A DNA stretch of 64,000 nt from an uncultured Kiritimatiellota bacterium (GCA_944391085.1 CALXSE010000002.1:81929-145928); one strand, 5' to 3'; positions 45,563-55,938 are shown, counted from the stretch's first letter. Translations and numbers: made by a program. Notes: generated by a model not told the origin, from the letters alone.

Positions 45563-46924
45563 ATGAAAAGACAACGTCCTCACCGCCCAGCCGACCCCCT
45601 GCTGTATGGCCCCCTGCGCGGCCATTGGCGCACCTACCTTGTCCCGGCGCTTGGCGGCGCGGCGGTAACCTCCGTGTACAGCATCGTCGACACCATCGCC
45701 ATTGGATACGGCGTAGGCCCCTCCGGTGCGGCGGCCGCCGCCGTCCTCATCCCCAGTTTTGGATTGATGGCCTTCCTTGGGACGCTCCTGGGCATGGGCG
45801 GGGCCATCCTGCTGGCGACGGCCCGCGGGCGCGGCGACCGGCGCGAGGGCGACGCATGGTTCACGCTCACCTTTCTGCTCTGCGCGGCGGTCGGCGTGGC
45901 CGTGGCCGCCGCCGTCCTGCTCGCCGGGGACGCCTTCTGGCGATTCTGCGGCGCGGACGACGCCCTGGCGCCGTTGGCGAGCGAATATGGCTTCTGGGTC
46001 GTCCTCACCTGGCCGGGGGCGATGCTCTCGTTGGCGCTGGCCTGCCTGATCCGCAATGACGGCGCGCCGGGGTATGCGCTGGCGGCCATCGTCGCCGGCG
46101 GGGTGCTCAACATCCTTGGCGACTGGCTCCTGGTCTTTCCCTTCAGGATCGGCACGGGCATGGCCGGCGCCGGTATCGCCACCGCCGCGGGCTGCGCCTT
46201 GCAGACGCTCCTGCTTGTGGGTTATCTCTTCCGGCGGCGAAGCACGCTGCGCTTCGCGCCGCCGAGTCTCTGGCCGCGGCGTGCCATCCGGCGCCTGTGC
46301 GCCGTCGGGCTCGCGCCGGCCCTGCCAAACGCCGCCGTCGCCGTCGTCGTCACGCTCGCCAACCATCAGGCCATGCGCCATGGCGGCGTGGCGGCGCTCT
46401 CCATCCTCGGCATCATGCTCACCCTCACCACGCTCTACCAGCAGCTCTTCAACGGCGTGGCCCAGGCCCTTCAACCCATCGTGTCGGTCAATTTCGGCGC
46501 GGGTGGGCGCACTCGGATCCGTCGCGCCTTTTGGATGGGGGTGCGGGTGTCGTTCATGTTGGGGCTGGCCTGCTCGCTCCTCAGCCTGTTCTTCCCGATT
46601 GGGACGCTCCGCCTGTTCATGAACCCGACGCCGGAGGTCATCGCGTTGGCGCCGCCCCTGGTGCGCGGCATCGCGGCCTCTTTTCTGCCGATGGCGCTCT
46701 GCATCCTGGCGTGCGGCTACCTGCAGGCCCTCCTGCGCACCCTGCCCGCGGCGACGCTGGCCCTGCTGCGCAGCGTTGGGTTCAGCGCGGCGTTCCTGAT
46801 TGCCCTTCCGCCGCTCCTGGGGCTCAATGGGGTGTGGCTGGCCCTTACCGCGACGGAGTGGCTGACGCTGCTCCTGGCCCTGCTGCCGCTTCTCCGACTC
46901 TGGGGACGCGAAATCCCACGCTGA
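45563..46924 (+). CDS. MATE family efflux transporter
   Basis: YSIVDTIAIG, LIRNDGAP, NILGDWLL, GAGIAT, QPIVSVNFGAG; 12 TMs. Confidence 0.92.
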   Translation: MKRQRPHRPADPLLYGPLRGHWRTYLVPALGGAAVTSVYSIVDTIAIGYGVGPSGAAAAAVLIPSFGLMAFLGTLLGMGGAILLATARGRGDRREGDAWFTLTFLLCAAVGVAVAAAVLLAGDAFWRFCGADDALAPLASEYGFWVVLTWPGAMLSLALACLIRNDGAPGYALAAIVAGGVLNILGDWLLVFPFRIGTGMAGAGIATAAGCALQTLLLVGYLFRRRSTLRFAPPSLWPRRAIRRLCAVGLAPALPNAAVAVVVTLANHQAMRHGGVAALSILGIMLTLTTLYQQLFNGVAQALQPIVSVNFGAGGRTRIRRAFWMGVRVSFMLGLACSLLSLFFPIGTLRLFMNPTPEVIALAPPLVRGIAASFLPMALCILACGYLQALLRTLPAATLALLRSVGFSAAFLIALPPLLGLNGVWLALTATEWLTLLLALLPLLRLWGREIPR

Positions 46925-46938
46925 CCCTCCAAACCATG

Positions 46939-46975
46939 AAGGGCCCCCGGTTCCCGCCGGGGGCCCTTTTGCTTT
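46939..46975 (+). terminator. Intrinsic terminator after the MATE gene
   Basis: aagggcccccgg/ccgggggccctt hairpin followed by a T-rich tail. Confidence 0.75.
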
Positions 46976-46994
46976 GAACCTTGCGGGAATGGAC

Positions 46995-48533
46995 TCAGGG
47001 GCGCGTGCGTCCATCCCGGATGGCCTTCAGCAAGGTCGCGTACATGGCCTTGGCGCGGTCGGGATGCTGCTTGATGACGTTGTTCCGCTCGGAGGGATCC
47101 GCGGAAAGGTCGTAAAGCTCGCCGTTGAGCGGGTCGTTCTTGGGGCCTGGGGCATTGCCGGCGGGGCCCGGCACGATGTATTTCCAGTCGCCTTCGCGCA
47201 GGTTCAGGCGATAGTCCTGGCAAATGAGGCTTGTGCGCGCGGAGGGCGCGGAGGGGTCAAGGAAGGTCGCGCTTTGGTCAAAGGAGTCCGGCAACGCCGC
47301 CTGGGGCACGGGCACGCCGCGCAGGGCCGCGAAGGTCGCGCCCAAGTCGACCAGCGACACAAGCGCGTCGTTGGTCCCGGCTGGGATGGCGCCATCCCAG
47401 CGGACGATGAACGGCAGGCGGTGGCCGCCCTCGTAGGGCTGGTATTTGTGGCCGCGCCAATCCCCGGAGGGCTTGTGGTCGCCAAGGCGCTCGACGGCCT
47501 GGTCTTTGTAGCCGTCGTTCACCATCGGGCCGTTGTCGGAGGTGATGACGACGAGGGTGTCTTGCTCCAAGCCCAGCTCCCGGAGCTTCTCGATGACGCG
47601 GCGGACGCTGTCGTCGAACTGCACGGTGACGTCCCCGCGCGGGCCGAAGGGGGTCTTGCCGACGAAACGCGGGTGCGGCACGCGGGGCACGTGGATGTCG
47701 TTCGTGCCGAGGTAGAGGAAGAAGGGGCGGTCTTTGTTGGCCTCCATGAAGGCGCAGGCCTTTTCGACAAAGACGTCCGCCATCTCCTCGTCCACCCAAC
47801 GCGCCTTCTTCCCGCCCTTCATATAGCCGATGCGGCCAATGCCGTTGACGACGGCCTGGTTGTGGCCGAAGTCCCAATCCATCTTGAGGGAAGCGCGGTC
47901 ACGCTTGCCGTCGGGCTCCCCGGGGTAGTTGTGCCGGTAGTTGACCTCGATGGGATCGTTGGGGTCAAGGCCGACGACGAGGCCGTTCTCGACGTAGACG
48001 CATGGCGTGCGGTCGGCCGTCGCGGCCATGAGGAAGGTATAGTCGAAGCCGACGTCGTTGCCCGAGGGCTTGATAGGTTTGTTCCAATCGGTCTTGCCCG
48101 GCCCCGGCCCCATGCCCAGGTGCCATTTGCCGACGGCGCCCGTGACCATGCCGGACTGTTTCATCAGCTTGGGGAGCGTGGCGATGTCGGTGTCGATGAG
48201 CAGGGCCGAATCGCCGGGGGCGATTCCAGTGCCGGGCTTGCGCCAGGCGTATTGCCCGGTGAAGATGGCATAACGCGTGGGCGTGCAGGTGGAAGCGGGG
48301 GAATGGGCGTCGGTGAAGCGCACACCGCCTTTCGCGTAGTCGTCCAGGAAGGGCGTGAGGCCGGGCGTCGCGCCGTAGCAGCTGACATCTCCCCAGCCGA
48401 GGTCGTCGGCCAGGATGAAGAGGATATTGCGGGGCCGCCGAGGCGGCGTCCCCCCCGCGGGGAACGCCCACCGCGGCGCGGCGAACGCCGCCGCGCCAAA
48501 GCCCATCGCCCTCAGAAAATCGCGCCTTCTCAT
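46995..48533 (-). CDS. Tat-exported Cys-type arylsulfatase
   Basis: MRRRDFL Tat motif, NILFILADDLGWGD, CTPTR, GKWHLG, TSDNG, YEGGHR; SD AAGGAGG; -10 TGTTAAAAT at 48560-48568. Confidence 0.93.
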   Translation of the reverse strand: MRRRDFLRAMGFGAAAFAAPRWAFPAGGTPPRRPRNILFILADDLGWGDVSCYGATPGLTPFLDDYAKGGVRFTDAHSPASTCTPTRYAIFTGQYAWRKPGTGIAPGDSALLIDTDIATLPKLMKQSGMVTGAVGKWHLGMGPGPGKTDWNKPIKPSGNDVGFDYTFLMAATADRTPCVYVENGLVVGLDPNDPIEVNYRHNYPGEPDGKRDRASLKMDWDFGHNQAVVNGIGRIGYMKGGKKARWVDEEMADVFVEKACAFMEANKDRPFFLYLGTNDIHVPRVPHPRFVGKTPFGPRGDVTVQFDDSVRRVIEKLRELGLEQDTLVVITSDNGPMVNDGYKDQAVERLGDHKPSGDWRGHKYQPYEGGHRLPFIVRWDGAIPAGTNDALVSLVDLGATFAALRGVPVPQAALPDSFDQSATFLDPSAPSARTSLICQDYRLNLREGDWKYIVPGPAGNAPGPKNDPLNGELYDLSADPSERNNVIKQHPDRAKAMYATLLKAIRDGRTRP

Positions 48534-48634
48534 GCCGCCTCCTTGACGTTGTTGCCGCCATTTTAACAAAATCCACGCCAATTGTCAGAAAGTGTGTTAT
48601 AATTAGTCTCGTTTAGTCATCGATTGGATCCGCC

Positions 48635-49816
48635 ATGAGCAAGCTTTTCGCCAGACACGTCTATACCTCGGAATCCGTCTCCGAAGGGCATCCCGACAAG
48701 GTGGCAGACGCCATCTCCGACGCCATCCTCGACGCCTGCCTCGCGCTTGACCCCCATGCCCACGTTGCCTGCGAGACGGCCTGCGGCATGAACCTGGTCG
48801 CCAATCTGGGCGAGGTTACCTGCGCCGGCTTCGAGCGCCTCAACACCAAGGCCATCGCCCAGGACGTCATCCGCAAGATTGGCTACGACCGCCCCGAGGA
48901 GGGCTTCTGCTGGCAAGATTTCACTTACATCAACAACCTTCACGCCCAATCGCCCGACATCAACCAGGGCGTCTCCCGCGCCGACCCCGAGGAGCAGGGC
49001 GCAGGCGACCAGGGCATGATGTTCGGCTACGCGACGAACGAGACGCCCGAGTACCTCCCCCTCCCCCTCGTCTGCTCCAACCGCATCCTCCGCCGCCTGG
49101 CCGAGCTCCGCCACAACGGCGACATCCCCTGGCTCCGCCCCGACGCCAAGGCCCAGGTCTCCGTCCTCTACGACGGCGGCAAACCCCAGGCCATCACCGA
49201 CGTTGTCTGCTCCCACCAAACCACCGCCGACGTGGACGAAGCGGCTATCCACGCGGCCATCGGCGCCGTCATCCGCGAGGTGCTCGCCCCCACCGGGCTC
49301 CTGACCGCAGACACGGCCTTCCACATCAATCCAACCGGCCGCTTCGTCATCGGCGGCCCTGCGGGCGACTCCGGCATCACCGGGCGCAAGATCATCGTCG
49401 ACACCTACGGCGGCGTCGGCTCCCACGGCGGCGGCGCCTTCAGCGGCAAAGACCCCTCCAAGGTCGACCGTTCCGCGGCCTATTATGCCCGTTACGTCGC
49501 CCGCAACATCGTCGCCGCGGGCCTTGCCGACAAGTGCGAGATCCAGGTCGCCTACGCCATCGGCCTGGCCCGCCCCATGAGCATCAACGTCTCCACCTAT
49601 GGCACCGGCAAGGTCGACGAGGCCAAAATCGCCGACTTCCTCCTGCGCGGAGCCCTCTTCGACTTTCGCCCCGCCGCCATCATCCGCGACCTCGGCCTGC
49701 TCACCCCAACCGGCTGGGGTTACGCCGACAATTGCGTCTACGGCCATTTCGGCCGCCCCGGCGTCCCCTGGGAGCGCGAGGATCGCGCCGAAGCCCTCCG
49801 CGCCGCCCTCCTTTGA
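48635..49816 (+). CDS. metK: S-adenosylmethionine synthetase
   Basis: [44 protein letters not shown]; -10 TGTTATAAT at 48595-48603. Confidence 0.98.
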   Translation: MSKLFARHVYTSESVSEGHPDKVADAISDAILDACLALDPHAHVACETACGMNLVANLGEVTCAGFERLNTKAIAQDVIRKIGYDRPEEGFCWQDFTYINNLHAQSPDINQGVSRADPEEQGAGDQGMMFGYATNETPEYLPLPLVCSNRILRRLAELRHNGDIPWLRPDAKAQVSVLYDGGKPQAITDVVCSHQTTADVDEAAIHAAIGAVIREVLAPTGLLTADTAFHINPTGRFVIGGPAGDSGITGRKIIVDTYGGVGSHGGGAFSGKDPSKVDRSAAYYARYVARNIVAAGLADKCEIQVAYAIGLARPMSINVSTYGTGKVDEAKIADFLLRGALFDFRPAAIIRDLGLLTPTGWGYADNCVYGHFGRPGVPWEREDRAEALRAALL

Positions 49817-49836
49817 GCCGCCGCGCGCCGCGCGCC

Positions 49837-49870
49837 AAGGCCGCCCCACCCCGCGGGCGGCCTTTCTTTT
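49837..49870 (+). terminator. Intrinsic terminator after metK
   Basis: aaggccgccc/gggcggcctt hairpin followed by tctttt. Confidence 0.65.
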
Positions 49871-49968
49871 CCCTGCCGACGGCCGAACCCACCCTACCCC
49901 ATCCCTCCGGCGCCCCTGCCCGCGCCCGCGAATTATGCTAAAATAACGCTTCACAAAAGGAGAATGGC

Positions 49969-50685
49969 ATGAACCCCATGATGGATCCCGATCTGTTGGC
50001 CGTCCGCAGCGAAAGCCGCGCCGCCGGCCTCAACCGCGTCTACAACTTCGTCTACGGCTGGATGGCTGTGGGCCTGGCCCTCTCGGGCCTCGTCGCCTGG
50101 CTGGTGGCCGACGCCGCCCTCTCTGGCGCCTTCACGCTCACCCCCGGCACGCTCATCTTCTGCGCCGTCGTCGAGGTCGTGCTGGTCCTCGTCCTTTCCA
50201 TGGCCATCCACAAGCTGGCCCCCGCGGCCGCGGCCGGGCTCTTCCTAGCCTACGCGGCGCTCAACGGCGTGACGCTCTCCGTCCTCCTCCTCGTCTACGC
50301 CGCCTCGACCATCCAGACGGCCTTCTTCGCGGCGGCGGGCACCTTCGCGGCGATGGCGCTCTTCGGCACGCTGACGCGGCGCGACCTCTCGACCCTCGGG
50401 CGGGTCTGCTCCATGGCCCTCATCGGCCTTGTCATCGCCACGCTCATCAACCTCTTCCTGCGCAACAGCGGGCTCGACGCCATCCTTTGCTACCTCGGCG
50501 TGGCCGTCTTCGTGGGCCTGACGGCCTATGACGCGCAGAAGGTGCGCCACCTGGCCGACGCCGCCGGCGAACTCGACCGGCCCACCGTCAGCCGCCTGGG
50601 CATCCTCTGCGCCCTCTCGCTCTACCTCGACTTCATCAACCTCTTCATCTACCTCCTCCAAATCTTCGGAAGGAACCGCGAGTGA
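49969..50685 (+). CDS. Bax inhibitor-1/YccA family membrane protein
   Basis: VYGWMAVGL, YAALNGVTLS, TAYDAQK, ALSLYLDFINLF; -10 TGCTAAAAT at 49936-49944. Confidence 0.92.
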   Translation: MNPMMDPDLLAVRSESRAAGLNRVYNFVYGWMAVGLALSGLVAWLVADAALSGAFTLTPGTLIFCAVVEVVLVLVLSMAIHKLAPAAAAGLFLAYAALNGVTLSVLLLVYAASTIQTAFFAAAGTFAAMALFGTLTRRDLSTLGRVCSMALIGLVIATLINLFLRNSGLDAILCYLGVAVFVGLTAYDAQKVRHLADAAGELDRPTVSRLGILCALSLYLDFINLFIYLLQIFGRNRE

Positions 50686-51404
50686 TGAAAGCCCTCCTCT
50701 TTCTGGCCGCCGCTTGCGCCGCCCTCACGGCGCGCGCGGAGACCTACGTCGGCGTCCGCCTCTTCGACATGTACAAGGTCGAGGCCGTCTCGGTGATGAC
50801 CTCCGAGGACTTCCGCGAGCTCCGCGCCGAGCTGGCCGAGGAAAAGCGCGTCTTCAACAAGGCCCTCCAGACCGTCAAGCGCGATTGGACGAAGCAATAC
50901 AACGACGCCCGCAAGGCCGGCGACAAGGATTTCCCCAAATACCCAACCAAAGCCTTCATCTGGCCCCGCTCCGTCAAGACCCGCAACCTCTCCTCCAAAG
51001 AGGCGGCCGACGAGTGGCTCGCCAAACAGCAGGCCCGCGTCGACGCCGACCATGCCGCCATCGCCGCCGCACAATCCGCCGCGGCCAAAGCCTCGAAAGG
51101 CTCCGTCACCGCCGGTTACGGCAGCCGTGACGACAAGAAGGCCCGCCGGCAGGCCGAAAAGAATCAGCTCGACGAAGCCCTCAAGGAGAAGCTCGGCGAG
51201 GCCGTCGAGCTTCAGATGATGGCGCTGCTCAAATACAATCGTCCTGTGCCGCGCCATTACGTCGTCGATCCCATCGCCGGGGCGACCACCGCCAGCGGGA
51301 TCTCCGCCATCGGCAAAAAAATCGCCAGGCAGGAAGAAGCCATCAAAGCCTATAAACAACGCAAAGCCGAGGCCGAGGCCTCCGGCGACGCCAAACAGCC
51401 CTGA
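50685..51404 (+). CDS. Hypothetical exported helical protein
   Basis: Signal peptide ending ARA; TGATG coupling with the upstream gene; Lys/Ala-rich. Confidence 0.75.
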   Translation: MKALLFLAAACAALTARAETYVGVRLFDMYKVEAVSVMTSEDFRELRAELAEEKRVFNKALQTVKRDWTKQYNDARKAGDKDFPKYPTKAFIWPRSVKTRNLSSKEAADEWLAKQQARVDADHAAIAAAQSAAAKASKGSVTAGYGSRDDKKARRQAEKNQLDEALKEKLGEAVELQMMALLKYNRPVPRHYVVDPIAGATTASGISAIGKKIARQEEAIKAYKQRKAEAEASGDAKQP

Positions 51405-52712
51405 ATGACCATGGATTTCCAGATTCCCATCCTCGATTGGTCCCCCGCCTCCCCCACCCCGCAGGTCGAGGCCTTCCTCCGACGCCCCCCCTTCGATGAG
51501 CGCGCCGAGGCCGCCGCCGCCAAATGCCTGGCCGACATCCGTGCCCGCGGCCTCGACGCCGTGCTCGACGCCTGCCGCGCCTTCGATCACGCCGACCTCA
51601 CGCCCGAAACCATCCGGGTCACCGAAGCCGAGCTCGACGCCGCCGACGCGGCCTGCGATGAGACCGTGAAGGAGGCCATCCGCCTGGCCGCCACCCGCGT
51701 CATGGGCTTCGCCAAGGCCGGCCTCCGCGACGATTGGGACATCCACACCTTCAACGGCGGCCGCCTGGGCGAACGCTTCCACCCGATGGACCGCGTGGGC
51801 GTCTACATCCCCGGCGGCACCGCCCCCCTGGCCTCCACCGCCATCATGACCGTCGTCCTGGCCAAGGCCGCCGGCGTCCCCGAGATCGTCGCCTGCACCC
51901 CCGCCCGCGACGGCACGGCCGTCTCCGCCCCCCTCCTGCATGCCCTGCGCGTAGCCGGCGCCACCGAGGTTTACCGCGTCGGCGGCATCCAATCCATCGG
52001 CATGATGGCCTACGGCGCCGGTATTCGGCCCGTCGAGCTCATCGCCGGGCCGGGCAACGCCTACGTCACCGCCGCGAAGCGCCAGGTCTACGGCACTGTC
52101 GCCATTGACCAGGTGGCCGGCCCCTCGGAGATCTGCGTCCTGGCCGACCGCGCCGGCAACCCCAAGTGGATCGCCGCGGATCTCCTCTCCCAGGCCGAAC
52201 ACGGCAGCGGCCTTGAGAAAAGCCTGCTCGTCACCGACTCGCGCGACTTCGCCGAGGCCGTCCACGCGCAAGTGCTCGAACAGCTTGCCCGCCGCGGCCG
52301 CCGCGCCATCATTGAGCGCATGCTCGCCAACGGCGGGATGCTCATGGCCGTCGTGCCGGACCTCGACGACGGCGTTCGCCTCTGCAACCGTTTCGCCGCC
52401 GAGCATCTTGAGCTCCAGGTGGCCGACGCAGAGGCCGTCCTGCCCAAAATCACCTGCGCCGGCGCGGTCTTCGTCGGGTACTGGACGCCCGAGAGCGCGG
52501 GGGACTTCGTGGCCGGCCCCAGCCACGTCCTGCCCACGGGCGGCGCGGCGCGGATGTTCAGCGGCCTCACCGCCGAGACCTTCCGCCGCCGCAGCTCCTT
52601 CGTCGAGTTCACCCAGAACGACCTCGCCGAGACGCGCAAGGCCATCGAGACCTTCGGTGCGCTCGAGGGCCTCGACGGCCACGCCTACGCCGCCACCGCC
52701 CGTTTTGAGTGA
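51405..52712 (+). CDS. hisD: Histidinol dehydrogenase
   Basis: GVYIPGG, GGIQSI, GPGNAYV, AGPSE, DLLSQAEH, EHLE, GPSHVLPT. Confidence 0.96.
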   Translation: MTMDFQIPILDWSPASPTPQVEAFLRRPPFDERAEAAAAKCLADIRARGLDAVLDACRAFDHADLTPETIRVTEAELDAADAACDETVKEAIRLAATRVMGFAKAGLRDDWDIHTFNGGRLGERFHPMDRVGVYIPGGTAPLASTAIMTVVLAKAAGVPEIVACTPARDGTAVSAPLLHALRVAGATEVYRVGGIQSIGMMAYGAGIRPVELIAGPGNAYVTAAKRQVYGTVAIDQVAGPSEICVLADRAGNPKWIAADLLSQAEHGSGLEKSLLVTDSRDFAEAVHAQVLEQLARRGRRAIIERMLANGGMLMAVVPDLDDGVRLCNRFAAEHLELQVADAEAVLPKITCAGAVFVGYWTPESAGDFVAGPSHVLPTGGAARMFSGLTAETFRRRSSFVEFTQNDLAETRKAIETFGALEGLDGHAYAATARFE

Positions 52713-52731
52713 CCCCTGCCCGCACCCTTTC

Positions 52732-52757
52732 GGCCCCGGCCTGGCCCGGGGCTTTTT
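52732..52757 (+). terminator. Intrinsic terminator after hisD
   Basis: gccccgg/ccggggc hairpin followed by T5. Confidence 0.65.
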
Positions 52758-52780
52758 GATGACCGCCGGAGAGCTCGCGC

Positions 52781-53761
52781 ATGGCCGGACGCAGACGTAA
52801 ACGCCCCACGGGGCTTCGGGACTGGCTGGCACGCCACCGGGGGCGGGCCTTCGCGGCCGTCGCCCTCGCCGCGGCCCTTGTCCTCGGCAACTGGTTCGCG
52901 CACCTCCCCACCGAGACCCGCGCGCTCGCCGGCCCGGCCGAGCTCACCCTCGAAGCCCTCGGCGCCGTCACCGCAGACGCCACCGACGCCATCGGCCTCA
53001 CCGGTCACGACGCCTGGGTCGACTACGCCAAGCAACCCGCGCTCGGCCCGCTTCCCTTCGGCGTGCCACGCGTGGCCGACCCAAGCAAGGCGCCGGACGA
53101 CCTCATCCTCCTCAAGCGTAAAGGGTATTGGGTCGGCTACTCCCCCAGCCTCCGCCGCCCCGTCTGGGCCGCCTACGCCGTCCCCGAGGCACGCGTTTTG
53201 CGGCAATTGCCTGACCGCCCCCCCTTCGAGCGCGACCCCGAGGTGCGCGATTCCCCCGTCACCGGCTCCTACACCGGCAGCGGTTACGACCGCGGCCACC
53301 TGGCCCCGAACTACGCCATCGCCATGTGCTATGGCCGCGCGGCCCAATGCGAGACCTTCCTCATGACGAACATCGCCCCGCAGGCGCCCGAACTCAATCG
53401 CGGGCCCTGGCGCATCCTTGAGGCGATCGTCGCCGACGACCTGCCGTCGCGCGCCGGCACCGTCTGGGCCATCGTCTGCCTGACGCCCGGGGGCAGGACG
53501 CTCAAGGAAGGCGGCATCGACATTCCGGCGGGCTTCGGCCTGGTGTTGGCCTCCTGGCAGGCGGGGCGGCTCCGCGCCATCGGCCTCTACATGCCCCAGG
53601 AGACCGCCGACACCAAGCGCCCGCGCTACTGTTTCCGTTCCATCCGCTGGCTTGAGGAACAGACGGGGCTCGACTTCTTCCCGGCCCTCTCGCAAGCGCG
53701 CCAAGACGCCCTCGAAACCGTCGAGGTCAATCGCTTCTGGCCCAAATGGGAGCTCCTCTGA
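52781..53761 (+). CDS. Membrane-anchored DNA/RNA non-specific endonuclease
   Basis: YTGSGYDRGHLAP, TFLMTNIAPQ, LNRGPW, LEEQTGLDFF; N-terminal TM. Confidence 0.9.
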   Translation: MAGRRRKRPTGLRDWLARHRGRAFAAVALAAALVLGNWFAHLPTETRALAGPAELTLEALGAVTADATDAIGLTGHDAWVDYAKQPALGPLPFGVPRVADPSKAPDDLILLKRKGYWVGYSPSLRRPVWAAYAVPEARVLRQLPDRPPFERDPEVRDSPVTGSYTGSGYDRGHLAPNYAIAMCYGRAAQCETFLMTNIAPQAPELNRGPWRILEAIVADDLPSRAGTVWAIVCLTPGGRTLKEGGIDIPAGFGLVLASWQAGRLRAIGLYMPQETADTKRPRYCFRSIRWLEEQTGLDFFPALSQARQDALETVEVNRFWPKWELL

Positions 53762-54271
53762 ATGCCCCGGGACCGCGTCGCCATCGGGTTTGACACCTCC
53801 CTGCGCTCCACCGGCATCGGCGTCGTCCGCGCCGAGGGCAACGTCCGCCGCGCGCTCTACTACGCCCCCGTCCGCGTCCCCGACAAGCTCCCGCTCTCCG
53901 CCGCGCTCGTCCGGATCGATGAGGCCGTGAACCACGTCCTGGACGCTTACGCGCCCACCGAAGCCGCCCTCGAGGGCGTGTTCTATGCCAAGAACGCCCG
54001 CACCGCGATGATCCTCTGCCACGCCCGTGGGGTCGTCATCGCCGCCTGCGCCAAGCGCGGCATCCCCATCTGCGAGTATTCCCCCGCCGAGGTCAAGCGC
54101 GCCGTCACCGGCGTCGGCTCCGCCGAAAAGCCCCAGGTGCAGGCCATGGTCGCGCGCATCCTCTCCCTTCCCCCGCCCCTCCAAAACGACGCCGCCGACG
54201 CCCTCGCCATCGCCCTGGCCCACCTCAACCGCGCCACCTCACTGCTCTCCTCCACCCCGAAAACCCTCTGA
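53762..54271 (+). CDS. ruvC: Holliday junction resolvase
   Basis: IGFDTSL, ALEGVF, EVKRAVTGVGSAEK, DAADALAIA. Confidence 0.93.
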   Translation: MPRDRVAIGFDTSLRSTGIGVVRAEGNVRRALYYAPVRVPDKLPLSAALVRIDEAVNHVLDAYAPTEAALEGVFYAKNARTAMILCHARGVVIAACAKRGIPICEYSPAEVKRAVTGVGSAEKPQVQAMVARILSLPPPLQNDAADALAIALAHLNRATSLLSSTPKTL

Positions 54272-54272
54272 C

Positions 54273-55172
54273 ATGCCCCGCCTCACCCCTCTCTTCCTTC
54301 TCCCCCTGCTGATCCTCTTCGGCTGTGCCCGCCCTTACGAGCGCACCGCCGAGGCCCTTGGCCTCCCCAAGGACGCCGTTACCGTCGCCGGGGAACGCGT
54401 CGTCCTCGAAGGCGGCGGCCACCGTTTCGAGTTCCCGCCCGGCATCCGCGTCGCCACCGTCGACGGCGCGCGCTATTACCTCAACCATGCCGCCGGCCCG
54501 GATGACCTGGCCCCCGCCGACGCCTCGCTCCTGCGCGCGGCAGTGGTCGCCCCCGCACCGCTCTGCCCCCGCCCCGCCATCCTCCTTGACCCAGGCCACG
54601 GCGGGAAAGACATCGGCTGCTCCGTCGGCAAAGATGCCGAGCATGCCATCGCCCACGACATCGCCCTGGCCGCCCAGGAACTCCTTCACGCCGCCGGGTG
54701 CGACGTCCGCCTCACCCGTACCGCCGAGCAGGGGCCCACCCTGCAGGAGCGCGTCGACCTTGCCGCCGCCAACCCGCCGGACGCCTACGTCAGCATCCAC
54801 GTGAACGCCGCCGCCAATCCCGAGGCCCGCGGCGTCGAGGTCTATACGCTCCCGCTCCCCGGATGCGACGGCACGAACGCCAACGCCAAAGCCTGGGAGA
54901 CGCCCCTGCCCGGCCAGGCCCACCTGCCGCAGGCCACGCGCCTGGCCCTCTGCGTCCAGCGTGCCCTCCTGCGCACCCCGGGGCATACTGAGGACCGCGG
55001 CGTGCGCCACGCCCATTTCAAGGTCTTGCGCGACGTTCCCGCCCCCGCCATCCTTATCGAGACCGGGTTCGTCACCAACGCCGACGACCGGGCCCGACTG
55101 GCTTCCCCCGAGGGCCGCCGCGCCATTGGTTTCGCCATTGCCCTCGGCATCCTCGAGGCCTTCCGCCGCTGA
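54273..55172 (+). CDS. N-acetylmuramoyl-L-alanine amidase (Amidase_3), lipoprotein
   Basis: LFGC lipobox; LDPGHGG, VSIHVNA, ILIETGF. Confidence 0.9.
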   Translation: MPRLTPLFLLPLLILFGCARPYERTAEALGLPKDAVTVAGERVVLEGGGHRFEFPPGIRVATVDGARYYLNHAAGPDDLAPADASLLRAAVVAPAPLCPRPAILLDPGHGGKDIGCSVGKDAEHAIAHDIALAAQELLHAAGCDVRLTRTAEQGPTLQERVDLAAANPPDAYVSIHVNAAANPEARGVEVYTLPLPGCDGTNANAKAWETPLPGQAHLPQATRLALCVQRALLRTPGHTEDRGVRHAHFKVLRDVPAPAILIETGFVTNADDRARLASPEGRRAIGFAIALGILEAFRR

Positions 55173-55290
55173 CCGTGCGCCGCTTTCCTTCCCAAGTGTC
55201 GCGAGACGATTCGGGCGTTGTGCCCGAATGCGTGTGAGGCGGGACGGCGCAGGTTGGGGGAAAGGAGGCAAATATGGTATACTTTGCAAC

Positions 55291-55938
55291 ATGTGGTTTG
55301 GCTCTTCAAAGGTGAGCGCTTTTGGGCGCGTTGGCGCCGCGGTGGCGTTGTTGGCGTTGGCGGTGGCGTCCGCGGCGTTGGCGTTCCCTCGGGTGCAGGG
55401 GGTGCTGGGATCGGCGTGGACGAACGCGCTTCTCTGGGGCTTGCTGCTGGTGTGTGCGGGGATGGGCCTGGCGGCGCTGGCGCGGCGGCGTTGGCTGAGC
55501 GCGGTGTTCCATGCGGGTGCGGCGGTCGTAATCGTTGGCGGGGGGATGACTGCCGGCTACGCGAAATCCTGGCAGGTGGCGTTGGTAGATTCACCGCTGG
55601 CGCCGCCGGAGTATCGCCAGCGCCTGGTGGAAGGGGAGCTGGTGTCGCTGAGCAAGTTTGAGATTGAGACCTATGCGGACGGGATGCCGAAACAGTTCCG
55701 CACGACGCTGGCGTTCCCGGATGGAGAGCGGACGTTGTCGGTGAACAAGCCGCTGAGGCGCAAGGGGATCACCTATTATCAGATGTCCTATTCGCAGGCG
55801 ACCGATCCCTATGGGCGCGCCTGGTGGGTGACGCACTTGACGTTGCGGCGGGATCCGGGGGCGGCGGTGACGTTCGCGGGATACGGCTTGCTCGCCCTTG
55901 CGGCCTTGGGGGCGGCCATCCGGGAGACTGCGCGATGA
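55291..55938 (+). CDS. Short ResB/Ccs1-like cytochrome c biogenesis protein
   Basis: Three TMs with conserved His (FHAG), SVNKPL, YQMSY, DPG; upstream of ccsA; -10 TGGTATACT at 55275-55283. Confidence 0.75.
   Translation: MWFGSSKVSAFGRVGAAVALLALAVASAALAFPRVQGVLGSAWTNALLWGLLLVCAGMGLAALARRRWLSAVFHAGAAVVIVGGGMTAGYAKSWQVALVDSPLAPPEYRQRLVEGELVSLSKFEIETYADGMPKQFRTTLAFPDGERTLSVNKPLRRKGITYYQMSYSQATDPYGRAWWVTHLTLRRDPGAAVTFAGYGLLALAALGAAIRETAR

Noticed and set aside
48604-48634. SAM riboswitch upstream of metK
   Set aside because: Only about 31 nt between the -10 and the ATG; no recognisable aptamer.
55261-55315. AAAGGAGG followed by a 13-codon uORF (MVYFATCGLALQR) before the ResB-like gene
   Set aside because: Its ATG lies within the predicted -10 element, so it would not be on that transcript; purine runs are common here. 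Only plausible under read-through.
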